Source: an uncultured delta proteobacterium (GTDB lineage: Bacteria; Desulfobacterota; Binatia; UBA9968). From it: a stretch of 64,000 nt of DNA. A program made the position numbers and the translations under genes. Positions 39,430 through 50,063 of this stretch are shown here, one piece after another. Under the pieces are notes generated by a model that did no database searches, was not told the DNA's origin, and was given only the letters and a program-made list of their open reading frames with translations. Every line of letters begins with the position of its first letter. The first letter of the stretch is position 1. The DNA lies in the NCBI GenBank assembly GCA_963771465.1, contig CAVYTU010000014.1, positions 992,001 to 1,056,000 on the forward strand. The letters run 5' to 3'.

Positions 39430-41838
39430 ATGGCGGATGAAACGAATAGTTCCACCGGTGCGTTATCCGGTTTGCGCGTGTTGGACTTGACCGGACGGTT
39501 GGGCGGTTATTGCGGGCTTTTGCTGGCGAACCTGGGCGCAGAGGTGGTCCTTATTGAACCGGTTGACGGCGACCCGATGCGGCGTGAGGGACCGTTTAAG
39601 AACGCTATCGCCGATTCCGAAGCGAGTTTGTCTTTCGCGGCCTATCACACCAACAAGCAGGGCATCACGCTTAACTTGGCGGAGCAACGAGGCCGCGAGA
39701 CGCTACGCCAACTTGCCCGCCACGCCGATGTTTTGATCGAAGACAAACCGGTCGGTTATCTCGAGCAGAATGGACTTGGCTATGCGGCGCTGCACGATCT
39801 CAATCCGGCACTGATCGTGACCTCGATTACCGGTTTTGGATTGAGCGGCCCCTATCGCGATTTCAAAGCGCCGAGCATCGTTGCCTTCGCCATGGGTGGG
39901 TTGATGAATCTGTGCGGCCATCCGGGGCGCGCGCCGCTCATGGGACCATGCGACGTGGCGGATCATTTAGGATCCGTGCACGCAGCCTTCGCGACTTTGG
40001 TTGCGCTCTTCAATCGGCGCGCCACGGGACAGGGTGAGCATGTCGACGTGTCGCTGCAAGATGTTTTGGTCGCCGATCCATTCTTGCGTATCCTCACGCG
40101 CTACAGCGTTACCGGCGAAGTACCGGAGCGCACTGGTCACAGCCAGTCGACCACGGTGGCCGAGACCTATCAATGCCGCGACGGCTATGCGCGTATCTTC
40201 GTCAATCAGACCGACCATTGGAAAAGGTTTGTCGAATGGCTCGGCCGTCCGCCGGAACTGCTCGATCCGAAATATGAAACCGTTCAGAACCGCTTTCCGC
40301 TGCGCCAGATCATTGACCGGCTGGTCGAAGCGCGCACGCTCAATTATGACGTGAAGAAATTTTTCGACGAGTTTCAAGGACTGCGGTTGGCGGCGGCGCC
40401 GATCAATCCACCGAGTGGTTTTCTCGCCGACGAGCAAACCCGGCACCGTGGTTTTGTCACCGAAGTCGACCACGCCAAGCTTGGCCGCCATCGTTTCCCC
40501 GGCGATCCTTATAAATTTTCCGAAAGCCCGTGGCACATCGCCCGAGGCGCGCCGCTACTCGACGAGCATCAGGCCGGGGTCGATCGAGAATGGTCACAGC
40601 CGTCGGCTTGGCTCGCAGAGTCGAACTCGGCGCGGCCAGCGGCGGCGCGCCGGCCGTTCGAAGGGATTCGCGTCATCAGTTTTCCCACCGGCATCGTCGG
40701 TCCGGCGCTGGCCGGCCTGCTCGCCGAACAGGGCGCGGAGGTGATCAGCATCGAAGCCGGTCGGGTGCCGCGCAGCCCGCAGCGCGGACAACGTTTTCAG
40801 ATCGCTTCGGATTTGGAGGCCAATCGGAACCGCAAGCGTATCGCCGTCGATATGAAAAATCCCGACGGCGTGGCGCTGGTAAAAAAACTCATCGCCAAGT
40901 CGGACGCGGTGGCCGAGAATTTTTCCGCCCGGGTGATGGGCAGTTGGGGATTGGACTATCCGCGGCTAAAAGAAATTCGTGCCGATATTATTCTGGCGAG
41001 CTTGCAGGCTTTCGGCCAGACCGGACCGCGGCGCGACTATGTCAGTTTCGGGCCGATTCTCATGTCCTTTTCCGGCATGGCTTATTTATGGCGCGATCCT
41101 GAAATCGAACGGCCCGGAGCTGGTTGTCAGACGGCGTTTCCCGACTACATCGCGCCCTCATACGGCGCGCTGGCGATACTTGCCGCGCTGCATTATCGCC
41201 AGCGCACGGGCCGAGGGCAATATATCGATATTTCCCAAGCCGAAACTGCGGCGGCGATGATCGGGCCAGCGTATTTGGATTACCTGATCCATGGCCGCGA
41301 ACCCGCGCCCCAGGGAAATTTTAGCGCCCATGCAGCGCCCCATGGCTGCTATCGCTGCAAAGGCGACGACCGCTGGTGCGTCATCGCCGTCGCCACACAG
41401 GAAGAGTGGGTGCGTTTTTGCGAGATCGTCGGCCATCGCGAATGGCTCGCCGATGCGCGCTTCGCCGATCGCGATGCACGGGTCGCCAATCGCGCGGCGC
41501 TCGACGCCGCCGTCGAGGCATGGACCGCGAAGTATACGCCGCATCAGGTGATGGTGATCTTGCAGCGCGACGGCATCGCCGCCGGCGTCGTCCAGACCGC
41601 GGAAGATCTCTATCGCGATCCCCATCTGCGTGAGCGCGGCTTCGCCCGGGAAGTGTTTCATCCCGAAGTCGGCTGGGCCACCCGCGCTGGTCCGTCAGCG
41701 CGCTTGACCGAGCATGGTTTCGAGCCGAGCGGGTATGCCCACGTCGCCGGCGAAGATAATGAGACGGTGCTCGGCGAGTTGTTGGGACTATCGAGCGACG
41801 CGATTCGCGACCTCGCCGAGCGCAAAGTGCTGCGCTGA
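39430..41838 (+). CDS. Fused double-domain family III (CaiB/BaiF) CoA-transferase
   Basis: Two repeats: LSGLRVLDL..LGAEV..IEP and FEGIRV..GAEVI.IE..NRNRK..ENF, GQYIDISQ.E. Confidence 0.9.
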   Translation: MADETNSSTGALSGLRVLDLTGRLGGYCGLLLANLGAEVVLIEPVDGDPMRREGPFKNAIADSEASLSFAAYHTNKQGITLNLAEQRGRETLRQLARHADVLIEDKPVGYLEQNGLGYAALHDLNPALIVTSITGFGLSGPYRDFKAPSIVAFAMGGLMNLCGHPGRAPLMGPCDVADHLGSVHAAFATLVALFNRRATGQGEHVDVSLQDVLVADPFLRILTRYSVTGEVPERTGHSQSTTVAETYQCRDGYARIFVNQTDHWKRFVEWLGRPPELLDPKYETVQNRFPLRQIIDRLVEARTLNYDVKKFFDEFQGLRLAAAPINPPSGFLADEQTRHRGFVTEVDHAKLGRHRFPGDPYKFSESPWHIARGAPLLDEHQAGVDREWSQPSAWLAESNSARPAAARRPFEGIRVISFPTGIVGPALAGLLAEQGAEVISIEAGRVPRSPQRGQRFQIASDLEANRNRKRIAVDMKNPDGVALVKKLIAKSDAVAENFSARVMGSWGLDYPRLKEIRADIILASLQAFGQTGPRRDYVSFGPILMSFSGMAYLWRDPEIERPGAGCQTAFPDYIAPSYGALAILAALHYRQRTGRGQYIDISQAETAAAMIGPAYLDYLIHGREPAPQGNFSAHAAPHGCYRCKGDDRWCVIAVATQEEWVRFCEIVGHREWLADARFADRDARVANRAALDAAVEAWTAKYTPHQVMVILQRDGIAAGVVQTAEDLYRDPHLRERGFAREVFHPEVGWATRAGPSARLTEHGFEPSGYAHVAGEDNETVLGELLGLSSDAIRDLAERKVLR

Positions 41839-41968
41839 AGAGACTAGCGTAAAGAGCGCAAGCAGAATCGCAATACTGAACTTCGCGTCTCGGCGTCCCT
41901 TCGACTTGGCGCGATAAACTCGCAACTTTGTTTGCGCAAACTGTCGTCATCGATCGACGGAGCTTACG

Positions 41969-43108
41969 ATGCTGCAAGGTTATCGCCTGTTTGATGCCGA
42001 TGCTCACGCGATGATGAGCCCGCGCATGTGGGCGACGCTGCCGCACGAGTATATCGCGCGCCGGCCGCGGCCGACCCGCGTGCACGACGTCAGCGACATG
42101 GGACGTTGGACCAACGGTTGGCTCGTCGAAGGGCAAATCATTCCCCATGCGCTTGGCCCCGGCAGCCAGCCGGGCAATGAACCGGCCCGCGTACTCGAAG
42201 AGTTTGGCGCCGAGAGCCATAGCGCCGAATTTCCTCTGAGTGGCTTCGATCTATCGGATACCGACGCGCGCTTGCGCGGTCTCGATTACATGGGCATCGA
42301 TCATCAGATGCTCTATCCCACCACACTCTACGCGCGCATGACCAGCGATCCGGGTTTCGAAGCCGCGCTGATGCGTTCGTACAACCGTTACGTCGGTACG
42401 CAGTGCGCACATGCCCCAAAGCGGCTCAAATGGGCTGGCTTGTTGCCGCTTCGCGATAGCCGACAGGGATGTGAAGCCATCGACGAAATGAAGAAACTCG
42501 GTGCCAGCGCCGCGGTGGTTTACGGTACCGCGGGCGACAAATTGCTGTGCCATCCGAGTTTCACGCCGGTGTGGGACGAACTCGATCGTTCGCGTCTACC
42601 GTTGTGCGTGCACATGGGCATGAGCTTTCCGCCTTTCGCTGAAGTGTGCAACGGTTTGCTCGATGCCCACGGCATCGGCATGAGCCTACCGGCGCAAATG
42701 GCGTTCGTCGCCATCGTCGGCCACGGAATGCTCGACCGTTATCCAAATTTGAAAGTTGGCTTTCTCGAATTCGGCGCAGAGTGGATTCTCTACATGGTGC
42801 CGCGCCTCGACCACTACCTGCCCATCGACCGCAGCCAGATGCCGATCAAGACCGAACTACCGCAAAGGACCATCGAAGAGTACGCCAAGTCAGGACGAAT
42901 CTTTCTCGCCGGCGAAGCCGACGACAAGATGTTGCCGCAGGAAATTGACTTACTTGGCGAAGATCAGATTCTCTACTCCTCCGATTTGCCTCACGGCGAA
43001 GGGCGTCACAATGCGGCCAAAGAAATTCTCGCGCGCACTGACATTACGAACACTCAAAAGCGCAAGATTCTCTACGACAACGCGGTGCGGTTTTTCGGTG
43101 AGCCGTGA
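41969..43108 (+). CDS. Amidohydrolase_2 family protein
   Basis: FDADAH, LCVH, FLEFG..W, SSDLPH.E. Confidence 0.85.
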   Translation: MLQGYRLFDADAHAMMSPRMWATLPHEYIARRPRPTRVHDVSDMGRWTNGWLVEGQIIPHALGPGSQPGNEPARVLEEFGAESHSAEFPLSGFDLSDTDARLRGLDYMGIDHQMLYPTTLYARMTSDPGFEAALMRSYNRYVGTQCAHAPKRLKWAGLLPLRDSRQGCEAIDEMKKLGASAAVVYGTAGDKLLCHPSFTPVWDELDRSRLPLCVHMGMSFPPFAEVCNGLLDAHGIGMSLPAQMAFVAIVGHGMLDRYPNLKVGFLEFGAEWILYMVPRLDHYLPIDRSQMPIKTELPQRTIEEYAKSGRIFLAGEADDKMLPQEIDLLGEDQILYSSDLPHGEGRHNAAKEILARTDITNTQKRKILYDNAVRFFGEP

Positions 43109-43148
43109 ACGTGACGACACCTCAGCCAACATCGATCACGCCTCTTCA

Positions 43149-43990
43149 TTGGAACGATCCGTGGTCGGCGCCGCGATTCGGCAAGCTGAAAGGTATTTGG
43201 CGAAAGTCGATCCGATCATGAAGCGCTTGATCGCCAAGCACGGCCACTGCCTGCTTGCCGAGCGCGAGTTCGAGCCGTTTCACATGCTCGCCAATTCGAT
43301 TATCAGCCAGCAGCTTTCGACTAAAGCCGCCGCGACGATCAAGCAACGTGTCGGGGTGCTCGTCGGTTTGCCGTTCGAAACGAGCAGGGTGCTGTCGCTC
43401 TCAATTGAAGAGTTGCGCGGCGCCGGGCTGTCGCAGGCAAAGACCCGCTACATTCGAGAATTGGCAACACATGTGAGCGATAACCGGTTGGAGTTCAGTG
43501 GGCTCGTCTTACTCGACGATGAACTCGTGATTGAAAAACTCGTTGTCGTCCCTGGCATCGGCCGTTGGACCGCGGAGATGTTTTTGCTGTTCGGTCTTAA
43601 ACGATTGGACGTGCTCGCGGTCGGCGATGCCGGTTTGCAGCGCGCAGTACGGATTCTTTACGGGAAGAAGCGGATCTCGGCAACGTTACTACCGCGCGTC
43701 GCCGAAGCGTGGCGGCCGTATCGGTCGATCGCTCTGACTCGACGATGAACTCGTGATTGAAAAACTCGTTGTCGTCCCTGGCATCGGCCGTTGGACCGCG
43801 GAGATGTTTTGCTGTTCGGTCTTAAACGATTGGACGTGCTCGCGGTCGGCGATGCCGGTTTGCAGCGCGCGGCGCGAATTCTTTACGGGAAGAAGCGGGA
43901 TTCGGAAACCCTCTTGCCGCGTATCGCTGAAAATTGGCGGCCCTATCGGTCGATCGCTTCGTGGTATTTGTGGCGGTCGCTGGAGGCGTA
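43149..43990 (+). pseudogene. AlkA/MpgII-type DNA-3-methyladenine glycosylase disrupted by an internal tandem duplication
   Basis: SIISQQLS.KAA, GLS..K, HhH motif VPGIGRWTAEMFL, D.GL, WRPYRS.ASWYLW; the C-terminus lies only in the second copy; start approximate. Confidence 0.75.
43511..43958 (+). repeat. Tandem duplication with a period of about 226 bp; 5' part near-identical, 3' part diverged
   Basis: ACTCGACGATGAACTCGTGATTG begins at both 43511 and 43737. Confidence 0.9.
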
Positions 43991-44076
43991 GTATTTTGTG
44001 ATGATATGCCGGGTTGCTAGGTGGACGGCCGACACTTTACCAGCAATCATAGCGTACGGTTGTGGCTAACGGCGAT

Positions 44077-44868
44077 TTAAGTGAAAAAATCGGAGAGCGA
44101 GGTTTCCATCAGGTTTTCTTCGGATCCAAATAGTGAGAAAGCGTTGAGATTGAATCGATCGAGTACGAGTAGGACCTTTAGCCTTTCCGCTGTGGGAATG
44201 TTAAATTTCCATATAACGTCTTGTTCAGAATCGCCTTTACAAAATACATCCTCGTGGCATGCGTAGCTCCATTGATTGTCACTGCGCTTGAAACAGATCG
44301 TATATTCAGATTGCTGCAAAACGTGACGGGCATGGCTTCGAACTGTCGGCCCGAGGCCAATGAATGCGGGGTGCATTAGTGAGCCTGATGTTCCTTTCCT
44401 GACGCGTTCGATGTGAGCATAGATCGAAACTTTATCGGATATTGTCGCGTCATTAAAGGCGAAGAATGCTGCGACGAAAGGTGATTGTGACCAGTCCAAT
44501 AAAGGCGATGGAAATCCATGGTGTCGAAGGTGAATTATGTAAGCATAAGCATCATTGAGGTTTCCAAATCCACGGATAAAGTCCTGCTTGGAATGCCAGC
44601 GATTGTATTCCTTCGGAGTTGGTATGTTCCAAGTACGATCGGTAAGGCTTTCGATCTGATAATTTTGCTTCATGAATTACTTGGTAGTACTTGTGTGCTT
44701 TCAGTGAGTCAGGTGCATATCTCTCAAGAGTTGTTTTGAGCTGCCAACCGGAGTTCGACTGCCCCCGGAACAACAATCTTGATCGGCGCGCTTTCCCTGC
44801 CAATCCGCGAGTAGACGTTTTACTTTTTTCTCAAATCCTTCCCAGCTCGAAAGCTCACAAACGATCAT
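44077..44868 (-). pseudogene. FRG-domain protein, low GC, with about three frameshifts
   Basis: MIVCELSSWEGFE / LLFRGQSNSGW.L.TTLER / LRHHGFPSPLLDWS.SP.VAAFFAF fall in different frames. Confidence 0.78.
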
Positions 44869-44892
44869 TTCAGTCCATCAAGAGCATTGCGG

Positions 44893-45708
44893 CTAATTTT
44901 TCCGGTCCTCCGGCTTCACATACTTCACCGATGCGCCGCCTTTTTGGGAGTGCAGATAGCCTTCCACGTCACTCAGTGGGTTGGTGTAGTAGCGCAGGCG
45001 GTGTTGGACCAGGTCGTCGGCGCGCAGCGCCATGTCGAAGGGCAGGTCTTTCTGCATATACGCGGCGATTTTGGCGTGCTCCAATGTCGCGCCGTTGCGG
45101 CTGGCGAGTTCTTTCGCCAACGTGTCGACGTAGCTGTCCAAATCTTTCTCCGGCACGACGTCGGAGACGAGACCGACGCGCTCGGCTTCGACGCCGGTTA
45201 GGTTTCTTCCCGTGAGCGAGATGAAGAAAGCTTTCTTGAATGGAATGCCCGCGTGGAAAAGCGATGGCGTCGCGGTGGCGCCGTAGCTGCCGCGAATGAC
45301 TTCGGGCATGCCGAATTTCGCGGTGTCGGCACTGATCACCAAATCGTGGCCGTTGATCATCGCCAATCCGCCGCCCAAGCACCAGCCGCGCACTTTGGCG
45401 ACGGTAACTTGCGGCAACTTGCGCATGATGTCGACGATCTCGGCGACGCCGCCCAAGCCGCGCGTGCGCCGCCGGTTATCCTGGCCGCGCATGTCGTAGA
45501 GGTCGCGACCCGATGAGTAAGAGTCGCCGGCGCCGGTGGAGACGATGCAGCGAATCTTGTCGTTTTCAGCGAGGGAGCGCAGCGTGCTGGATATCTCGGC
45601 GAGCAGAGCAATGCTTAAAGCATTTTTCTTTTCGGGACGGCTGAGGGTTAGCCACGCGATGCCGGCGTTTTCGTCGATGTTAGCGGTGATGAATTTCAAT
45701 TCTGCCAT
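44893..45708 (-). CDS. Enoyl-CoA hydratase/isomerase (crotonase) family protein
   Basis: RPEKKNALS, SSG.DL, GWCLGGG, FGMPEV, EAERVGLV. Confidence 0.9.
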   Translation of the reverse strand: MAELKFITANIDENAGIAWLTLSRPEKKNALSIALLAEISSTLRSLAENDKIRCIVSTGAGDSYSSGRDLYDMRGQDNRRRTRGLGGVAEIVDIMRKLPQVTVAKVRGWCLGGGLAMINGHDLVISADTAKFGMPEVIRGSYGATATPSLFHAGIPFKKAFFISLTGRNLTGVEAERVGLVSDVVPEKDLDSYVDTLAKELASRNGATLEHAKIAAYMQKDLPFDMALRADDLVQHRLRYYTNPLSDVEGYLHSQKGGASVKYVKPEDRKN

Positions 45709-45760
45709 GTGGATTCTCCGTGGGGTTAGTTTCGTTCAAATCGTTTCTCGGATTCTGTTC

Positions 45761-45823
45761 TGTCATTTCGAGGCCGAGCCGAGAAATCTTTCGGAAAGAT
45801 CTCTCACTTCGTTCGAGATGACA
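45761..45823. repeat. REP-like palindromic intergenic element
   Basis: TGTCATTTCGA..GAGAAATCTT-TCGG-AAAGATCTCTC..TCGAGATGACA. Confidence 0.7.
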
Positions 45824-45846
45824 ACATTAGCAACGATGACTGTCGA

Positions 45847-46854
45847 CTAAGCAAACCGGTAGAAAGCCTTAGCGTTATCGGCAAGAATCTTTTGCTTGGT
45901 CGTATCCGAAATATCCTTGCGGCGGACGACTTGGCTAACGCTGTGCGGCCATTCCATATCCCAGTGCGGATAGTCGGATGCGTACATCATGCACTCGTCG
46001 CCGAACTGCTCGATCACCAGCGGCAGCGCCGACTCCTCGCCTTCGCAAGTAAAGTAGCAGCGGTGCGCTTTGATATATTCGCTCGGCAGCATCTTGAGCG
46101 GCTCCATCTCGGACTTTCTGATCAGATATTTTTCGTCGAAGCGCTCCATCCAGTAGGGCAAGAAACCGACGCCGGCTTCGAGAAAGCCGACTTTGAGTTT
46201 GGGAAATCGGTCGAGCACGCCGTTGGAAATGATCGAGACGACCGACAGCATCTGCTCGAACGGATGGGACGTCATGTGCACGCCGATATATTTATGAAAG
46301 CGCGTGTTGCCCACGGCGACTTGCGCAGTGGCGTGAAAGCCGACGGGTACGCCGAGCTCCTGCGCCTCGGCGTAGATCGGATCGAATTGCGGCTGGCCCA
46401 AATCCAATCCTTGCTGCACGTAGGTCGGCATCATCACGCCGACGGCGCCTTTTGTCGTTACCGCGCGTCGCACTTCTTTGACCGCTTCCGCTACGACCTG
46501 CGGCGCGATGACGGCGGCGTACTTGACGCGATTGCCGCTTTGTTTGCAGAAGTCATAAGCCCAATCGTTGTAAGCTTTCGCCAACTCGGTGGCGAGATCG
46601 AGTTCGCGCACGAGACCGATAGCTAGCGCGTTGCTCGGATAGGCGACGGCGTCGCGGATCTTCTCAACGTCCAAGTCTTTGCAGTATTCGTCTGGATTGG
46701 CCGGCTTTCTTCCCGTGCTACCGTTGAGAAAAATATCCCAGCCGAAGGACGGGAAGTACGGCCCGCTGCGAGCGCGAAATTTTTCCGGCAAGTAGTCCTT
46801 ATAGGCCGGGCCATCCAAGTGATGGGCGTCGGCGTCGATGATGGTAAATTCCAC
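45847..46854 (-). CDS. Amidohydrolase_2 family protein
   Basis: IDADAH, VGFH, FLEAGVG, ASDYPHWD; GTG start after GGAGG. Confidence 0.88.
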   Translation of the reverse strand: MEFTIIDADAHHLDGPAYKDYLPEKFRARSGPYFPSFGWDIFLNGSTGRKPANPDEYCKDLDVEKIRDAVAYPSNALAIGLVRELDLATELAKAYNDWAYDFCKQSGNRVKYAAVIAPQVVAEAVKEVRRAVTTKGAVGVMMPTYVQQGLDLGQPQFDPIYAEAQELGVPVGFHATAQVAVGNTRFHKYIGVHMTSHPFEQMLSVVSIISNGVLDRFPKLKVGFLEAGVGFLPYWMERFDEKYLIRKSEMEPLKMLPSEYIKAHRCYFTCEGEESALPLVIEQFGDECMMYASDYPHWDMEWPHSVSQVVRRKDISDTTKQKILADNAKAFYRFA

Positions 46855-46949
46855 GATAAAGCCTCCAAAATCTAACCGGCGATCATTGAACCCTTGAATC
46901 TTTGAACGATGCCAGTCGCTCAAAGTTCAACCGGAGCATGCTAGTGCAA

Positions 46950-48644
46950 TTAGTCCTGCAAGCCGTGGCGTTGCGCGAGTTTGAGAAAGATCGAGCCCAC
47001 GACCACCGTACCCATGGCAATGATGAGACTAAACGCGGCGAGTTCGCCCACATGGCCGTTATCCCACAGTTCCCAAATCTTGACCGCGACCACCTGTGAG
47101 CCCGGCGAGTAGAGCAGCAGCGCAATGGAAAGCTCTCTGAACGTGATTAGAAAAATATAAATCCAGCCGGCGAGCAATGCCGGCAAGATCAGCGGCACGA
47201 CCACGTGGCGCACCATCTGGAACCAGCTGGCGCCACTGGCCATGGCGCCTTCCTCGAGCTCTTTGTGCAGACTCAATAGCGCCGAGTGGCTGAAGCGAAT
47301 GCCATAGGGCAAATAGCGCGCGATGAACGCAAGCACGAGAATCCAGATCGTGCCGTACACCGGGATCGGCAGTATGAGATACATTTTTAGGATCGCGATA
47401 CCCATGACGATGCCGGGAAAGACCAATGGCAACATGGCCATCTGATCGAGCGCCCAGCGCGCTTTAATGGACGCGCGCACGACCAACCAGGCGGCGAAGA
47501 ATGTGAGTATGATAGCGATGGTTGCCGACGTGACGCTTACCGTCAAACTATTCATCACCGAGCCGACGATGCTGCTGTCGGCAAAGGCCGTGCGATAATT
47601 ATTGAAACTCAGCATCGATACCGCTTTCCACGACGGCGCCTGCGCGAAAGGCAAAAACGACGACCAGGTGATCGCCATGATCGGAAAAAACTGCAACGCC
47701 GGTAAAACCAACATCAAGCAGCCGCCCAGCCAACGCCACTTGCCCAGGTCGAAACGGTGCGGCCGGTAAGCCTTGCCGCTGATGGTGGTGAACTTATAGG
47801 TCTTGCTGGTAACGCGATAATAAGGAATGAGGCCGAGGGCGACTATTACTATGAGAATTATCGAGTATGCGCTGGCTTCGCCATACTTGGGAATCAGGCC
47901 GCCTTTGATCTGCAAATAGATTTTGGTCGTGAAGACTTCCACGCCGGCGGGAATGCCGATCAAGGCGGGAATTTCGAAAGCTTCGAGGGATCGAATGAAG
48001 GTTAAGATCAAAACCGCCAGCACGCTCGGCAGCGCCAGCGGAAAGGTGACCTTTCTAAAAACCTGCCAACCCGTACTTCCAGCGGTGGTGGCGGCTTCCT
48101 CTAGGGAAGGATCCATGGAGCGAAAGGGCGTCGACATCAAAAGAAAGACAATCGGTATCCAGAGAAAACTCTCGACCAAAATCATCCCTTGCATGGAAAA
48201 GATATTGAGCAGCGGCGCGCCCGTGATCGGAATGACGAAGGAATTGAGAATACCGGCCTTGGGGCCGAGTAACATGATCCAGCCGACGACTTTGATGATC
48301 CCCGGGATGGCGAATGACACATAGGCCGTGATGTAAGCTACGGTGCGAAACGGCGCGTTGGACCGTTCGGCGAGCCAGGCGAGGAGCGTGCCGTAACCGA
48401 TCGCGATGCCCGCGCTGCCGATGGAAAAAATCATCGAGTTAGTGAACAAGACTCTAACATCGCCGAGGGAATCGACGATGTTCAAGAAATGCTTGATCGT
48501 GAAGGTGCCGGCCTGAAGCCCGCGGTCGGTCACCAAGCTGGTATGCAGGATGAAGAAAAACGGCGGCAGGACCAAATAGGCCAATGCGGCGCTGGTCAAT
48601 ACAAACATCACTTGCGCGGGGTTTCGCATCAGCATCGCGTACAT
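46950..48644 (-). CDS. Fe3+-type (FbpB/AfuB) two-domain ABC permease, orphan
   Basis: Two EAA-like loops (DPSLEEAA, ELEEGA..SGA) and many TM segments. Confidence 0.88.
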   Translation of the reverse strand: MYAMLMRNPAQVMFVLTSAALAYLVLPPFFFILHTSLVTDRGLQAGTFTIKHFLNIVDSLGDVRVLFTNSMIFSIGSAGIAIGYGTLLAWLAERSNAPFRTVAYITAYVSFAIPGIIKVVGWIMLLGPKAGILNSFVIPITGAPLLNIFSMQGMILVESFLWIPIVFLLMSTPFRSMDPSLEEAATTAGSTGWQVFRKVTFPLALPSVLAVLILTFIRSLEAFEIPALIGIPAGVEVFTTKIYLQIKGGLIPKYGEASAYSIILIVIVALGLIPYYRVTSKTYKFTTISGKAYRPHRFDLGKWRWLGGCLMLVLPALQFFPIMAITWSSFLPFAQAPSWKAVSMLSFNNYRTAFADSSIVGSVMNSLTVSVTSATIAIILTFFAAWLVVRASIKARWALDQMAMLPLVFPGIVMGIAILKMYLILPIPVYGTIWILVLAFIARYLPYGIRFSHSALLSLHKELEEGAMASGASWFQMVRHVVVPLILPALLAGWIYIFLITFRELSIALLLYSPGSQVVAVKIWELWDNGHVGELAAFSLIIAMGTVVVGSIFLKLAQRHGLQD

Positions 48645-48866
48645 AATTTTTCCTCCGGTATTCGCAGCTTCGAGTTAGCGTAAGAGTTGCAACTCAACTG
48701 ATGACCAGAAACGCGAAACCAACTAGCGCCAGCTATATAACAAAACTGGCGGGCAAGACAATTAGGGAATCAGTTAGCGGGAAAACGTAAGTGGTGAGGG
48801 TGAGACGAATGGGAGGGAAGGGGGTTGAGCGGACGTCTTATCCCCTCCCCTTCACCCCTTGCCGCC

Positions 48867-50063
48867 TCAAGCCCACGGGCCGATGAAAGGTTCGCCGCTG
48901 TAAGTGTCGGATAGCGGTTCGAGCATCTCTGGCCAATTCGTTGGGTCGACTTTACGGCGCAGCTCTTTGGGCCGAGGCTTGCCGTCCCAGCCGAGCTGTT
49001 CCATGTAGTAGTAAAGCTCGATGCAGTGGCCGTCGGGATCGAAGGCGTAGGCGGCGTAGTCGATGCCCGGATGAAGCTCCGGCGGGATGATGTCGGTCTC
49101 GACACGCACGCCGTTGTCGCGGAGAAATTTTACCGCGTCTTTGAGTTGCTGATAATTGGCGAGCTGCAAGCCGAAGGACATATTCGACGTCATTTCGCTG
49201 AGGCCCAATTTTTTGCGCCACGATTTGGGGAAAATCCCAAGCGAGTGATGCTCGTTGTCGCAGCGCAGAAACGCGCCGCATTCGCCCTGCCACTCGACTT
49301 CCTCGGTCAGGCTAAAGCCCAAGACTTCCATGTGCCAGCGCTTCAACTTTTCATAATCGTCGACAAACAGTTTCACCGGGCCGACGCGGGTTATTTTAAA
49401 CGGCTGCGCCAATAGCACGCCGTCGACGTTGTACTTCAAGGGCAGCTCGCTCACGCAACGACGGCCGTCGAGCACGCTGATGCCTTTCTTGATGTCGTTG
49501 GTGATGAGCTCGAAATCGGGTAACTGAGGCTCGCTGGGAGCGACGGCATTGCCGTGACGCATGGCGACTGGGCGCGCATAGCCGTTCCAACTGATCTGTT
49601 CGATGCCATAGTACAGTTCAAAAATCTGTTCATCCGGCGCCCAAACGTAAAGATGAAACTGCGAGCCGCCGCCGCCCGCGCGGCCTTGACGCATAACCTC
49701 GACGCCGAGATCGTGAAAATATTTGGTCGCTTCCGCCATCTCGGCGACGCTTTGCACCTGCCAGGTGATCTGGTTGATGTCATTCTCATCGCGAAAATGT
49801 TTGGCATTGTCGCCGGCGTATTGGCGTTGATTGAATTTCTTCTTGTCGAATAAAGCAAAGGAATGATGATCGCCGGCGTGCCGCCCGAAAAAACCGGCGC
49901 CGGCCGGCTCGGTGACAAAAAAGCCGAGCAGGTCGAAATAAAAACGCCGGCTCGCTTCGAAATCCGCAGCGTTGAAGCCAAAGTGGCCGAGGCGGCGAAT
50001 TTTAAAAGGTCGATCGAGAGCGACGCCGCCGACGTTGTATTTAGATGTAGATTTTCCGCTCAT
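48867..50063 (-). CDS. Two-domain VOC protein, extradiol-dioxygenase-like
   Basis: Internal repeat KYNV.GV.L..PFKI.R; RLGH, DHHS, EHHSLG, DPDGH.IELY. Confidence 0.82.
   Translation of the reverse strand: MSGKSTSKYNVGGVALDRPFKIRRLGHFGFNAADFEASRRFYFDLLGFFVTEPAGAGFFGRHAGDHHSFALFDKKKFNQRQYAGDNAKHFRDENDINQITWQVQSVAEMAEATKYFHDLGVEVMRQGRAGGGGSQFHLYVWAPDEQIFELYYGIEQISWNGYARPVAMRHGNAVAPSEPQLPDFELITNDIKKGISVLDGRRCVSELPLKYNVDGVLLAQPFKITRVGPVKLFVDDYEKLKRWHMEVLGFSLTEEVEWQGECGAFLRCDNEHHSLGIFPKSWRKKLGLSEMTSNMSFGLQLANYQQLKDAVKFLRDNGVRVETDIIPPELHPGIDYAAYAFDPDGHCIELYYYMEQLGWDGKPRPKELRRKVDPTNWPEMLEPLSDTYSGEPFIGPWA

Noticed and set aside
42756-43148. Long N-terminal extension of the AlkA-like ORF
   Set aside because: It overlaps the amidohydrolase gene in another frame and has no protein-like features.
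43511-43958. Diversity-generating retroelement TR/VR pair
   Set aside because: The differences are not adenine-specific and many are synonymous, and there is no reverse transcriptase in the window.
44050-44076. Integron attC site next to the FRG gene
   Set aside because: There is only a GCTAAC/GTTAGC word, with no paired R/L box structure and no integrase.
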